A stretch of DNA of 64,000 nucleotides from Ranitomeya imitator (taxonomy: Eukaryota). Made by a program: the position numbers and the translations under genes. This document shows, in pieces, positions 33,801-45,023 of the stretch. The DNA lies in contig NC_091284.1 of the NCBI RefSeq assembly GCF_032444005.1, forward strand, positions 19,344,001-19,408,000, in the 5' to 3' direction. The notes under the pieces were generated by a model, which was not told where the DNA came from, made no database searches, and was given only the letters and a program-made list of their open reading frames with translations. Each line of letters starts with the position of its first letter. Positions within the stretch are counted from its first letter, which is position 1.

Positions 33801-34368
33801 CTACCACCTCCGAAGCAAAAGGTAAGGGGCGACTACCACCTCCAAAGCAAAAGGTACGGGGCGACTACGACCTCCAAAGCAAAAGGTACGGGGCGACTAC
33901 GACCTCCAAAGCAAAAGGTAAGGGGCGACTACCACCTCCAAAGCAAAAGGTACGGGGCGACTACCACCTCCAAAGCAAAAGGTAAGGGGGCGACTACCAC
34001 CTCCAAAGTAAAAGGTAAGGGGCGACTATCACCTCCGAAGCAAAAGGTAAGGGGCGACTACCACCCTCAAAGTAAAAGGTAAGGGGCGACTACCACCTCC
34101 AAAGTAAAAGGTAAGGGGCGACTACCACCTCCAAAGTAAAAGGTAAGGGGCGACTACCACCTCCAAAGTAAAAGGTAAGGGGCGACTACCACCTCCAAAG
34201 TAAAAGCTAAGGGGGCGACTACCACCTCCGAAGCAAAAGGTAAGGGGCGACTACCACCTCCGAAGCAAAAGGTAAGGGGCGACTACCACCTCCTAAGTAA
34301 AAGGTAAGGGGGCGACTACCACCTCCAAAGTAAAAGGTAAGGGGCGACTACCACCTCCAAAGTAAAAG
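18875..34368. repeat. 32/33-bp minisatellite array, ~15.5 kb, ~480 units
   Basis: Unit GGGG(G)CGACTA(A/C)CACCTCC(A/G)AAG(C/T)(T/A)AAAGGTAA; higher-order duplications with 1293-bp and 975-bp periods. Confidence 0.99.
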
Positions 34369-35058
34369 AACACATGGCCCTGGTGGGCTGGAGGTCCGCA
34401 GGAGGTCCATGTTAGAGATGCTGACCAGTTGGGCCATTGCCCAGGAGGTAGCAGTGGAGGCCTCGCTGGTCCTTGTAGTGCAGCACAGGTAATTCCACGA
34501 TTACTATGGCTGCCGAGCGTCTTCTTTACGTGACCTGGGACCAGGGAACAGTTTCCTTCCATTTTCCAAAGGAAACCGACAAAAACAATGAGCATAAAGT
34601 GAATGTAACATAAAGCCGCGGAGACTCCGGCGCCATGGAACAATGTTTGCAGTTCTCGGCTATTTTGCATGTGTCAGGGACCCCGGCGAATATTCTCCGG
34701 CTAACGAGCTCCATAGATTGATATATTTCTGTGACGCAGAATTAAATTGGGGAATTATTTTCTGTGGTTTTTGTGTAATTCGCTTCCATCTGCTCCTAAT
34801 CACTCCTGTGTGTTATTCTTTAAGTCACACTGTAATTATGGGGAATATCGGACGCCTGATGAGATGTTTCTTGCGGGAGAAGCGCGTGCCGTCGTTACTG
34901 CGCCTTCATCTCACTTACGGTACTTTGGGAAACAAGGCAGAGGAACTACAAATCCCAGCAAATCCCTTCCCAATACAACTAGAGGGTTCACAGATTATCT
35001 GTTCCTCTGTGATGACAATTCAAAACCATTACGTCCCATTGATTTAGTACCGGCAGGT

Positions 35059-35084
35059 TATTATTATTATTATTATTATTATTT
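35059..35084. repeat. (TTA)n microsatellite (another at ~37173-37199)
   Basis: Direct reading. Confidence 0.9.
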
Positions 35085-35689
35085 ATTGTTATAGCGCCAT
35101 TTATTCCATGGCGCTTTACATGTGAGTTATTATGGACGTTATGGATGTTGTTATCACTCAGTCCCTGGACCCAAGAGCTTACAATCACCATTTATATGTT
35201 TTAGGAACACATGATTAACAATCGTTTTGTGTACTCCTCTCCTATGCAGATCAATGTGTCTCCATGGTTACAGACTACAAGCAGGCAGAGTGTAGTCTGG
35301 TCCCGCCTTCCACTATGAAAAGGAAGCTGTACGGGAAGGAAGGAGAATGGGGAACACATAGGTCTGCAGAGGAGCTGCGGACACCAAATGCAAAAATCAG
35401 CTCATGGAATATCCTTTAAGCAGCAAAGTTTCTGGATAATGAAAGCAATTAACCCATTCCGTGCTGGAAGTCATCCGCTTTTCGGCGTTCTACGCAGACC
35501 CGGCTTCATTGGGAGGGGTCCCTACTGGGGACTGCAGTGTTCTCTTTAGTGTTGAGTCTTTTTCTGCCCGTGCGCCGCCATCAGTGTCAGCAGATGTTCT
35601 ATCATACAATGAATCAATCAATGAAGGGTTAACCAGAGGTGATACATTGTATACATCGTTCCGCAGGACCCTTTGTGGATCATTTCCTC

Positions 35690-36190
35690 ATCTTTTCTTG
35701 CTATCAGTGAATGGAAACCTTCAAGGATGTGCTATCATGATATGGCCAGAACAGATTCTTCCTCATTGGAGGATTCCACTCACTGATAATAGGCTGCTGA
35801 GATCTTGCCTTGCTGTCAGTGAATGGAAATATTCATGGTTTACTTTAGAGGAAAATAATTTTTTCCTGGGCCCTTGTTCCATCACCACATTACCAAAAAT
35901 GATTCCACTCACTGGCCGCAGGTCGTTGAGATCTTTTCTTGCTTCCAGTGAATGGAACCTCTCGTGGTTTACTTTTTGAGGTTAGGAGTCTTTCCCGGGC
36001 ATCAGTGCCATCATCACAAGAGCAGAAAACGTTCCTACATGTGGGAAGTTTCCAATAACTGACCGCAGACGGTTGAAATCTATTCTTGCTTTCAGTGAAT
36101 GGAAACCCTCACGGTTGGTTTTTCAGGAACTAGAAACCTTTCCCAGACGTGAAGAATATGTTCTCTGCAGCGGTGCCATCGCCCTAGGAC
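35690..36190. pseudogene. Four diverged 112-147-bp repeats with residual coding-like character
   Basis: AGTGAATGGAA core at 35706, 35818, 35947, 36094 with conserved flanks; + frame 35461-36267 is broken only by TGA/TAG at 35977-35985; minus frames also give repeated peptide motifs. Confidence 0.35.
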
Positions 36191-36989
36191 GTGATTTTAA
36201 AAAAAAGAGATTCTATTCACCTACAGCAAGAAAAGGTCGAGATCAATTTGAATTCTTTGGAAGTTAACAATAACATTCATTCCGGATTATTTGCAGATGA
36301 GCTCCGATTCCTGTAGGCTCGCCTCCATTTCTCCGCTATTTGGTCATATGCATATAACTGCAGTAGAAATATAATTAATAAAGTGAATGTATCATCCCCT
36401 AATGCATTTTCATGTTCCCATATTGATCCGAGGGCTCATTTCTAATTCATCCATAACATTAATCGTTTTTTTTTTTATTATTTATTTGTGTAATGAGCTA
36501 CAAGGGCCCTACAGCGATGCATGAGCCGCTATTACAAATAATAAAGAGATGCACGATGCTCATCTATTAGCCACAGGGAAGAGCGGCTGCAGAGCAATGG
36601 TGCAATGCTTCATGTCTCCTGGTGGGGGTGCTGTAGAGATAAGGAAAATGTTTTCTATTGCTGGGCTATTATAGCAGAACCAGTCTAAATGTTATTCTTG
36701 CTAACATTTAAATGGGTTGTCCAGTAGATGACCTAGGAATTCAGGATAGGCAGAGGTCCGACATCCAGCACCCTCATCAATCAACAGAACAGCATAGAGG
36801 TGTAACAGCACAGCGCCATACACTGTGCAGTGGCCGCTCTCAGGTACTGCAGCTCAGCTCCAATGGAAGTGAACATGAGCTGAGCTGCAGTACCCAAGAA
36901 CGGCCACCAGTATGCGCTGTGGGGCTCCAGCTCAGTACTGTGCGGTTTATGGCACCTACACACATCAAGACCTCAAACATCTCAGTTAG

Positions 36990-37408
36990 AAAAAAATATA
37001 TAGAAATGTTACGGGTCTCGGAAAATGGTAAGACAAAATTTATTTTTTTCTTTACAAACTTCTCTTTTTTTTAACAAATTAAAAAAAAAATTTACTCAAG
37101 TTGTATTCATGTATGTATTTAATGACCTGGAGTATAATATTATCAAGGTTTTTTTCACTACATAATAAACAGATTATTATTATTATTATTATTATTATTA
37201 AAAACAATGCCGTCATTGCATTTTTTTTTTCATCATTTTATTCCATTTGGAATTTTTCACTATTTTCAGTCCTTTATAGGGTAAAGTCAATGTTGCCATT
37301 TAAAACTACAGTTCGTCCCACAAAACCCTCGTATGGCGATGTAGATGTCAAAATAAAAAAAGTTATGGCTTAAGAAATGCAAAACTGGCTGCGGAGGCAA
37401 AGGGTTAA
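36990..37408. mobile_element. Fragment of an AT-rich non-autonomous DNA element ending AGGG|TTAA (piggyBac/Kolobok-like)
   Basis: Ends ...aaaactggctgcggaggcaaagggTTAA; classification inferred from the TTAA end only. Confidence 0.35.
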
Positions 37409-37882
37409 TATAATAACTGGAGGGGTAAGCGGATCCATACATTATAACGTATGGAGGGGCATCCGTCCGCAGGGTGGGGGGGGCTGCCATGCTTGGCCGG
37501 ACCCTGTGCTGTGATGACAGACCTCCCCTTCGAGGGGTGACAGATGCATGAACCCCAGGACCATCATGGAGCCCATGTGCGGCTCTCCTGACTGATGTCG
37601 GCCGCTCCATCTCGCTCCTATGACAAGCCCATTAGTCAGACTCACCTTCAGCATAAACTGTCTCTGGAACCCAAGCAGACGAAAAACTTCTCTATTTATT
37701 TCATAGACGGCAAAATACGTTTTCAAAATGTTACATTTTTTATATTTTGCATCATCGTTAGATGCCAGGATTGTATATCCGTATACAGAGGATGGGCGCA
37801 GGTGATATATACTGATACATGATCCACACCAGACAGAAACTATAAGGGCGCGCGGTGTCACAGAGCAGCTGACAAGAAGTGC

Positions 37883-38045
37883 TTAAAGGGATTGTCCACT
37901 TTTAGAGCCGCGTGGCTCACCCTGCAGATCGCCCACTCTGATCAGGTGCTTCTGATTCTCATTGTTAGAAGTGGTTGAGGATCCAGTGATCAGACCCCCA
38001 GCTTTCAGTATGACCCATCATGTGGCTTGGGAATAACCCCCTTAC
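37883..38045. mobile_element. Short TTAA-type MITE (T2/Kolobok-like); similar remnant starts ~36708
   Basis: TTAA|AGGGATTGTCC ... GAATAACCCCCTTA imperfect inverted ends. Confidence 0.45.
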
Positions 38046-38400
38046 AAGGAAAACACCCTTTTACATTTTTCCTACATTTAAAAAAAAAAAAAACAGCAAA
38101 AACAATAAGAGAATTTGAAATGTGAAAAATAACAATGGAAGCAACAGTATAATAAGTGAAGAAGAAATATGAGAATTATCCGGGTGGTTTCTCCTCACTA
38201 GTCTTGTAGACGCAAATGAGAATGAAAACTACTCTAAGGCTATAAGTGGCTGAAGATTACTGAAAGAAGGAAAGAGCATGAAGGAGGGAAACTGGATCCA
38301 TGTCCTGCAGCCCAGCAGCGCCCAAACACTTGACAATGAGGGTTGAGAATTACAATATTGCCGAATATTGCAGGAAGCGCGAATTCCAGTTCTCTGGATA

Positions 38401-41400
38401 AGGATGAGGTACATTGTCCAGGAGGAGGTACATTGTCTAGGAGGAGGTACATTGTCTAGGAGGAGGTACATTGTCTAGAAGGAGGTACATTGTCTAGGAG
38501 AAATTACATTGTCTAGTAGGTACATTGTCTAGAAGGAGGTACATTGTCCAGGAGAAGTTACATTGTCTAGGAGGAGGTACATTGTCTAGGAGGAGGTACA
38601 TTGTCTAGGAGGAGGTACATTGTCTAGGAGGAGGCACATTGTCTAGGAGGAGGAATGTTGTCTGGAAGAAGGTACATTGTCTAGGAGGAGGAGGTGCATT
38701 GTCTAGGAGGAGATACATTGTCTAGAAGGAGGTACATTGTCTAGGAGGAGGTATGTTGTCTGGAAGAAGGTACATTGTCTAGGAGGAGGAGGTGCATTGT
38801 CTAGGAGGAGATACATTGTCTAGGAGGTAAATTGTCTAGGAGAAGGTACTTTGTCTAGGAGGTACATTGTCTAGAGGAGGAGGTACATTGTCTAGGAGGA
38901 GGTACATTGTCTTGGAGGAGGCTCATTGTCTAGGAGGAGGTACACTGGGAGGAGGCACATTGTCTAGGAGGAGGTACATGGTCTAGAAGGAGGTACATTG
39001 TCTAGGAGAAGTTACATTGTCTAGGGGGAGGTACATTGTCTAGGAGGAGGTACATTGTCTAGGAGGAGGTACATTGTCCAGGAGGAGTGACATTGTCTAG
39101 GAGAAGTTACATTGTCTAGGAGGAGGTACATTGTCTAGGAGGAGGTACATTGTCTGGGAGAAGTTACATTGTCTAGGAGGTACATTGTCTGGAAGGAGGC
39201 ACATTGTCTAGGAGGAGGTACATTGTCTAGAAGGAGGCACATTGTCTAGGAGGAGGTACATTGTCTAGGAGGAGGTACATTGTCTAGGAGGAGGTACAAT
39301 GTCTGGGAGGAGGCACATTGTCTAGGAGGAGGTACATTGTCTAGAAGGAGGCACATTGTCTAGGAGGAGGTACATTATCTAGAAGGAGGAACATTGTCTA
39401 GGAGGAGGTACATTGTCTAGAAGGAGGTTCATTGTCTAGGAGAATTTACATTGTCTAGGAGGTACATTGTCTGGAAGGAGGCACATTGTCTGGAAGGAGG
39501 TACATTGTCTGGAAGGAGGCACATTGTCTAGGAGGAGGTACATTGTCTAGAAGGAGGCACATTGTCTAGGAGGAGGTACATTGTCTAGAAGGAAGTACAT
39601 TGTCTAGGAGGAGGTACGTTGTCTGGAAGGAGGCACATTGTCTAGAAGGAGGTACATTTTCTAGAAGGAGGTACGTTGTCTAGGAGAAGTTACATTGTCT
39701 AGTAGGTACATTGTCTAGGAGGAGGTACGTTGTCTGGAAGGAGGCACATTGTCCAGGAGGAGATACATTGTCTAGAAGGAGGTACATTGTCTAGGAGGAG
39801 GTACGTTGTCTGGATGGAGGTACATTGTCTAGGAGGAGGTACATTGTCTAGAAGGAGACACATTGTCTAGGAGGAGGAGGTGCATTGTCTAGGAGGAGAT
39901 ACATTGTCTAGGAGGTACATTGTCTAGGAGAAGGTACTTTGTCTAGGAGGTACATTGTCTAGAGGAGGAGGTACATTGTCTTGGAGGAGGCTCATTGTCT
40001 AGGAGGAGGTAACTGGGAGGAGGCACATTGTCTAGGAGGAGGTACATGGTCTAGAAGGAGGTACATTGTATAGGGGAAGGTACATTGTCTAGGAAGAGAT
40101 ACATTGTCTAGGAGGAGGTACATTGTCTAGGAGGAGATAAATTGTCTAGGAGGTACATTGTCTAGGAGGAGGTACATTGCCTAGGAGGTACATTGTCTAG
40201 AAAAGTTGGTACATTGTCTAGGAGGAGGTACATTGTCTAGGAGGAGGTACACTGCCTGGGAGGAGGTACATTGTCTAGGAGGAGGTACATTGCCTAGGGG
40301 GAGGTACATTGTATAGGAGGAGATACATTGTCCAGGAGGTACATTGTCTAGGAGGCGGTACGTTGTCTAGGAGGAGGTGCATTGTCTAGGAGGAGGTACA
40401 TTGACTAGGAGGAGGTACATTGTCTTGGAGGTGGCTCATAGTCTAGGAGGAGGTACACTGGGAGGAGGCACATTGTCTAGGAGGAGGTACATGGTCTAGA
40501 AGGAGGTACATTGTATAGGGGAAGGTACATTGTCTAGGAGGAGATACATTGTCTAGGAGGAGATACATTGTCTAGGAGGTACATTGTCTAGGAGGAAGTA
40601 CATTGCCTAGGAGGTACATTGTCTAGAGGAGTTGGTACATTGTCTAGGAGGAGGCACATTGTCTAGGAGGAGGTACATGGTCTAGAAGGAGGTACATTGT
40701 ATAGGGGAAGGTACATTGTCTAGGAGGAGATACATTGTCTAGGAGGAGATACATTGTCTAGGAGGTACATTGTCTAGGAGGAAGTACATTGCCTAGGAGG
40801 TACATTGTCTAGAGGAGTTGGTACATTGTCTAGGAGGAGGTACATTGTCTAGGAGGAGGTGCTTTGTCTAGGAGGAGGTACACTGCCTGGGAGGAGGTAC
40901 ATTGTCTAGGAGGAGGTACATTGTCTAGGGGGAGGTACATTGTATAGGAGGAGGTACATTGTCCAGGAGGTACATTGTCTAGGAGGCGGTACATTGTCTA
41001 GGAGGAGGTGCATTGTCTAGGAGGAGGTACATTGTCTAGGAGGTACATTGTCTAGGAGGAGGTGCATTGTCTAAGAGGAGATACATTGTCTAAGAGGTAC
41101 ATTGTCTAGGAGGAGATGCATTGTCTAAGAGGTACATTATCTAGGAGGAGGTACATTGTCTAGGGGGAGGCAGATTGTCTATGGGGAGGTACATTGTCTA
41201 AGAGGAGGTACATTGTATAGGAGGAGGTACATTGTCTAGGAGGAGGCAGATTGTGTAGGGGGAGGTACATTGTCTAGGAGGAGGCACATTGTCTAGGAGG
41301 AGGTACATTGTCTAGTAGGAGGCAGATTGTGTAGGGGAAGGTACATTGTCTAGGAGGAGACACATTGTCTAGGAGGAGGCACACTGCCTGGAAGGAGGTA

Positions 41401-43236
41401 CATTGTCTAGGAGGAGGTACATTGTCTAGGGGGAGGTACATTGTCTAAGAGGTACATTGTCTAGTGGGAGGTACATTGTCTAAGAGGTACAATGTCTAGT
41501 GGGAGGTACATTGTCTAAGAGGTACAATGTCTAGTGGGAGGTACATTGTCTAAGAGGTACAATGTCTAGTGGGAGGTACATTATCTAGGAGGAGGTACAT
41601 CGTCTAGGAGAAGGTGCATTGTATAGGAGGTACATTGTCTAGGAGGAGGTACATTGTCTAGGGGAGGTACATTGTCTAAGAGGTACATTGTCTAGTGGGA
41701 GGTACATTATCTAGGAGGAGGTACATTGTCTAGGAGAAGGTGCATTGTATAGGAGGTACATTGTCTAGGAGGAGGTACATTGTCTAGGGGAGGTACATTG
41801 TCTAAGAGGTACAATGTCTAGTGGGAGGTACATTGTCTAAGCGGTACAATGTCTAGTGGGAGGTACATTATCTAGGAGGAGGTACATTGTCTAGGAGAAG
41901 GTGCATTGTATAGGAGGTACATTGTCTAGGAGGAGGTACATTGTCTAGGGGAGGTACATTGTCTAAGAGGTACATTGTCTAGTGGGAGGTACATTATCTA
42001 GGAGGAGGTACATTGTCTAGGAGGAGGTGCATTGTCTAGGAGGAGATACATTGTCTAAGAGGTACATTGTCTAGTGGGAGGTACATTATTTAGGAGGAGG
42101 TACATTGTCTAGGAGGAGGCAGATTGTCTATGGGGAGGTACATTGTCTAGGAGGAGGTACATTGTCTAGGAGGAGGTACATTGTCTAGGAGGAGGCAGAT
42201 TGTGTAGGGGGAGGTACATTGTCTAGGAGGAGGCACATTGTCTAGGAGGAGGTACATTGTCTAGGAGGAGGCAGATTGTGTAGGGGGAGGTGCATTGTCT
42301 AGGAGGAGACACATTGTCTAGGAGGAGGCACACTGCCTGGAAGGAGGTACATTGTCTAGTGGGAGGTACATTGTCTAAGAGGTACAATGTCTAGTGGGAG
42401 GTACATTGTCTAAGAGGTACAATGTCTAGTGGGAGGTACATTATCTAGGAGGAGGTACATTGTCTAGGAGAAGGTGCATTGTATAGGAGGTACATTGTCT
42501 AGGAGGAGGTACATTGTCTAGGGGGAGGTACATTGTCTAAGAGGTACATTGTCCAGTGGGAGGTACATTATCTAGGAGGAGGTACATTGTCTAGGAGGAG
42601 GTGCATTGTCTAGGAGGAGATACATTGTCTAAGAGGTACATTGTCTAGTGGGAGGTGCATTATTTAGGAGGAGGTACGTTGTCTAGGAGGAGGCAGATTG
42701 TCTGTGGGGAGGTACATTGTCTAGGAGGAGGTACATTGTCTAGGAGGAGGTACATTGTCTAGGAGGAGGCAGATTGTGTAAGGGGAGGTACATTGTCTAG
42801 GAGGAGGCACATTGTCTAGGAGGAGGTACATTGTCTAGGAGGAGGCACAATGTCTAGGAGGAGTAACATTGCCTAGGAGGAGGCACAATGTCTAGGAGGA
42901 GGCAGATTGTCTAGGAGCAGGTACGTTGCACAGGAGGAGGTACATTGTCTAAGAGGAGGAATGTTGTCTAGGAGGAGGCACATTGCCTAGGAGGAGGTAC
43001 ATTGTCTAGGAGGAGGTACATTGTCTAGGAGGAGGTACATTGTCTAAGAGGAGGAATGTTGTCTAGGAGGAGGCACATTGCCTAGGAGGAAGTACATTGT
43101 CTAGGAGGAGGTACATTGTCTAGGAGGAGGGACATTGCCTAGGAGGAGGCAGATTGTCTAGGAGCAGGTAGATTGTCTAGGAGGAGGAATGTTGTCTAGG
43201 AGAAGGTACAGTGTCTAGGAGGAGGTACATTGTCAA
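38401..43236. repeat. ~19-bp minisatellite array (16/19/22-bp variants), ~4.8 kb, ~250 units
   Basis: Consensus GGAGGAGGTACATTGTCTA; length varies by GGA triplets. Confidence 0.99.
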
Positions 43237-45023
43237 GGACTGTATCCAGATATAGCAGATCACATAACTGTTACATGTTGATTTATAAGAACCCTCATTT
43301 TGCACCAAGACATGCTGCGCCAGCCGCTACAATAAAACATGAAATAGGTGGGAAGACGTTACCGTTGATGATGCACATATTTCTTGGCACTTTATACATT
43401 TGTAAAGTAGAAGTGTAAATGAATGAGACAACAATCACCTAAAGGTCTCATGAACATATACAGCCCCCTTGTCTGTGGCCCCTCGGTCACAGCAGCGAGT
43501 TGTTACTAGGGCAGCTATGAAGTTATGTAGATGTTCTGCAGAAAATGTAAATGGTGTTATAAATCATTGCATTGTCATTGAGCAATCGAATCATTAATCA
43601 TTGGCTATAAACCTCTTCTTAAAGGAGTCTCTCCATAGCAATTAGTGATATCCATGCCTCACTGACACACGCCTCTGACAATCCATCCATGCTATTCCCA
43701 CACGCAGGCAGCTCCCCGAGGCTTGTCGCCTCTACCGTCCATCAGTCCATCACTTCTTCCTCTCTTCTTCCTCTTCGCTAATTTGAAGGAATGCAATAAG
43801 CAAACACAGAACCGGCACCTAAACTATAAGTGATGTCTAATGATGGCAAGCATGGCTGCCTGCAATATGTTGAGTGATGATGATGACGATCTGCTTGGCG
43901 TTGATAGTTTTGCTCATTTTCAATTTTTTGTGGTTGTCCACCTTCGGGGAAATTTTTTTTAACTTAAAATCATATATTTGTGGTTTAAAAAAAAATCATT
44001 TTTGCAGCTCTGACAGCATCTTTGTTTTTCTCCACATTTAACTTTGATGTGGTCTGTGGTCATAAATCTGCATAAAAGAGCTCAGTAAAAGAAATATGAA
44101 AGGGTTATTCATGATTTACCATCATAATAGCTGGATTACTGATGGAATCTCAGTTTGCTGATAGCATTAGAAAGTGCAACTCAAAGGCTGTGGAACGTAA
44201 ACGGTGCAACATTTCTAATTAATCAAAATAGTAAAAATGATTTTAGCACCAACTTCATACAACTTGTAAGAAACAAATATTGCCAAAAGCTCAAAAACGA
44301 CCTCTTTAAGCCCAAAGTGACATTGAATGGAAGATAAATATGGATGTAATGTATATAAGCCTAATCACAAGGACGCAGAGCCTTGACTATCCAGTGCGCT
44401 AACACCAGTGTAATTACAAATGATAAGACGTGTTCCGCCATCGCCGATGTTAACCTTCTGCTCCCTAAATGATGGGGAAACATCACATTTCCTGGTTTTA
44501 TTGACTTATCTGGTTTGTTGGTCTTTGACCCTAAGGCCCCATAGCTTAAAAACATCTGAAACTATAATTAAATCTATAGGGCGAGACTAATTGTAGCTGT
44601 TACAATGCTACAATCTTACACTGCTTGATGCAGATCTTCCACAGCCGCAGACCCACGAGGTGGAGACCTTTGCTCTAGAACAATTTCTTCTATTAGTATT
44701 TCAGCCATTATTGTTACCGTTTATTTAATAAATATATGGAGCTCAGGTTTTCATTACATTTCTGTCGGGGGAACTATATTCGAAGAAACTCTGCAGAATT
44801 CTAGAGGTCAGCCGGAGCGAATATATTGAGGCTTCCCGAGTTATTGCTTCAGGATACAGAAGATTTCTTTGGTACACAAAGTCTTGTTTATTCTTTAAAT
44901 TTAGAAGACGCTTCTTCCTATGTGACATTTATAGACATGTGTCATATGTTCCTGGATTATGCAGATCACTTTGGAGACCTGTTCTGGGGATCTGAATCCT
45001 AGTGCTGCTACATCCTTGGGATT

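Noticed and set aside
18875-34368. G-quadruplex potential from G4-G6 runs
   Set aside because: Runs are ~28 nt apart and can pair with adjacent CCTCC; stable intramolecular G4 is doubtful.
34855-34895. CCTGATGAG...GAAGCGCGT hammerhead-like string
   Set aside because: GAAG instead of GAAA, no stem II, no NUH/stem I pairing.
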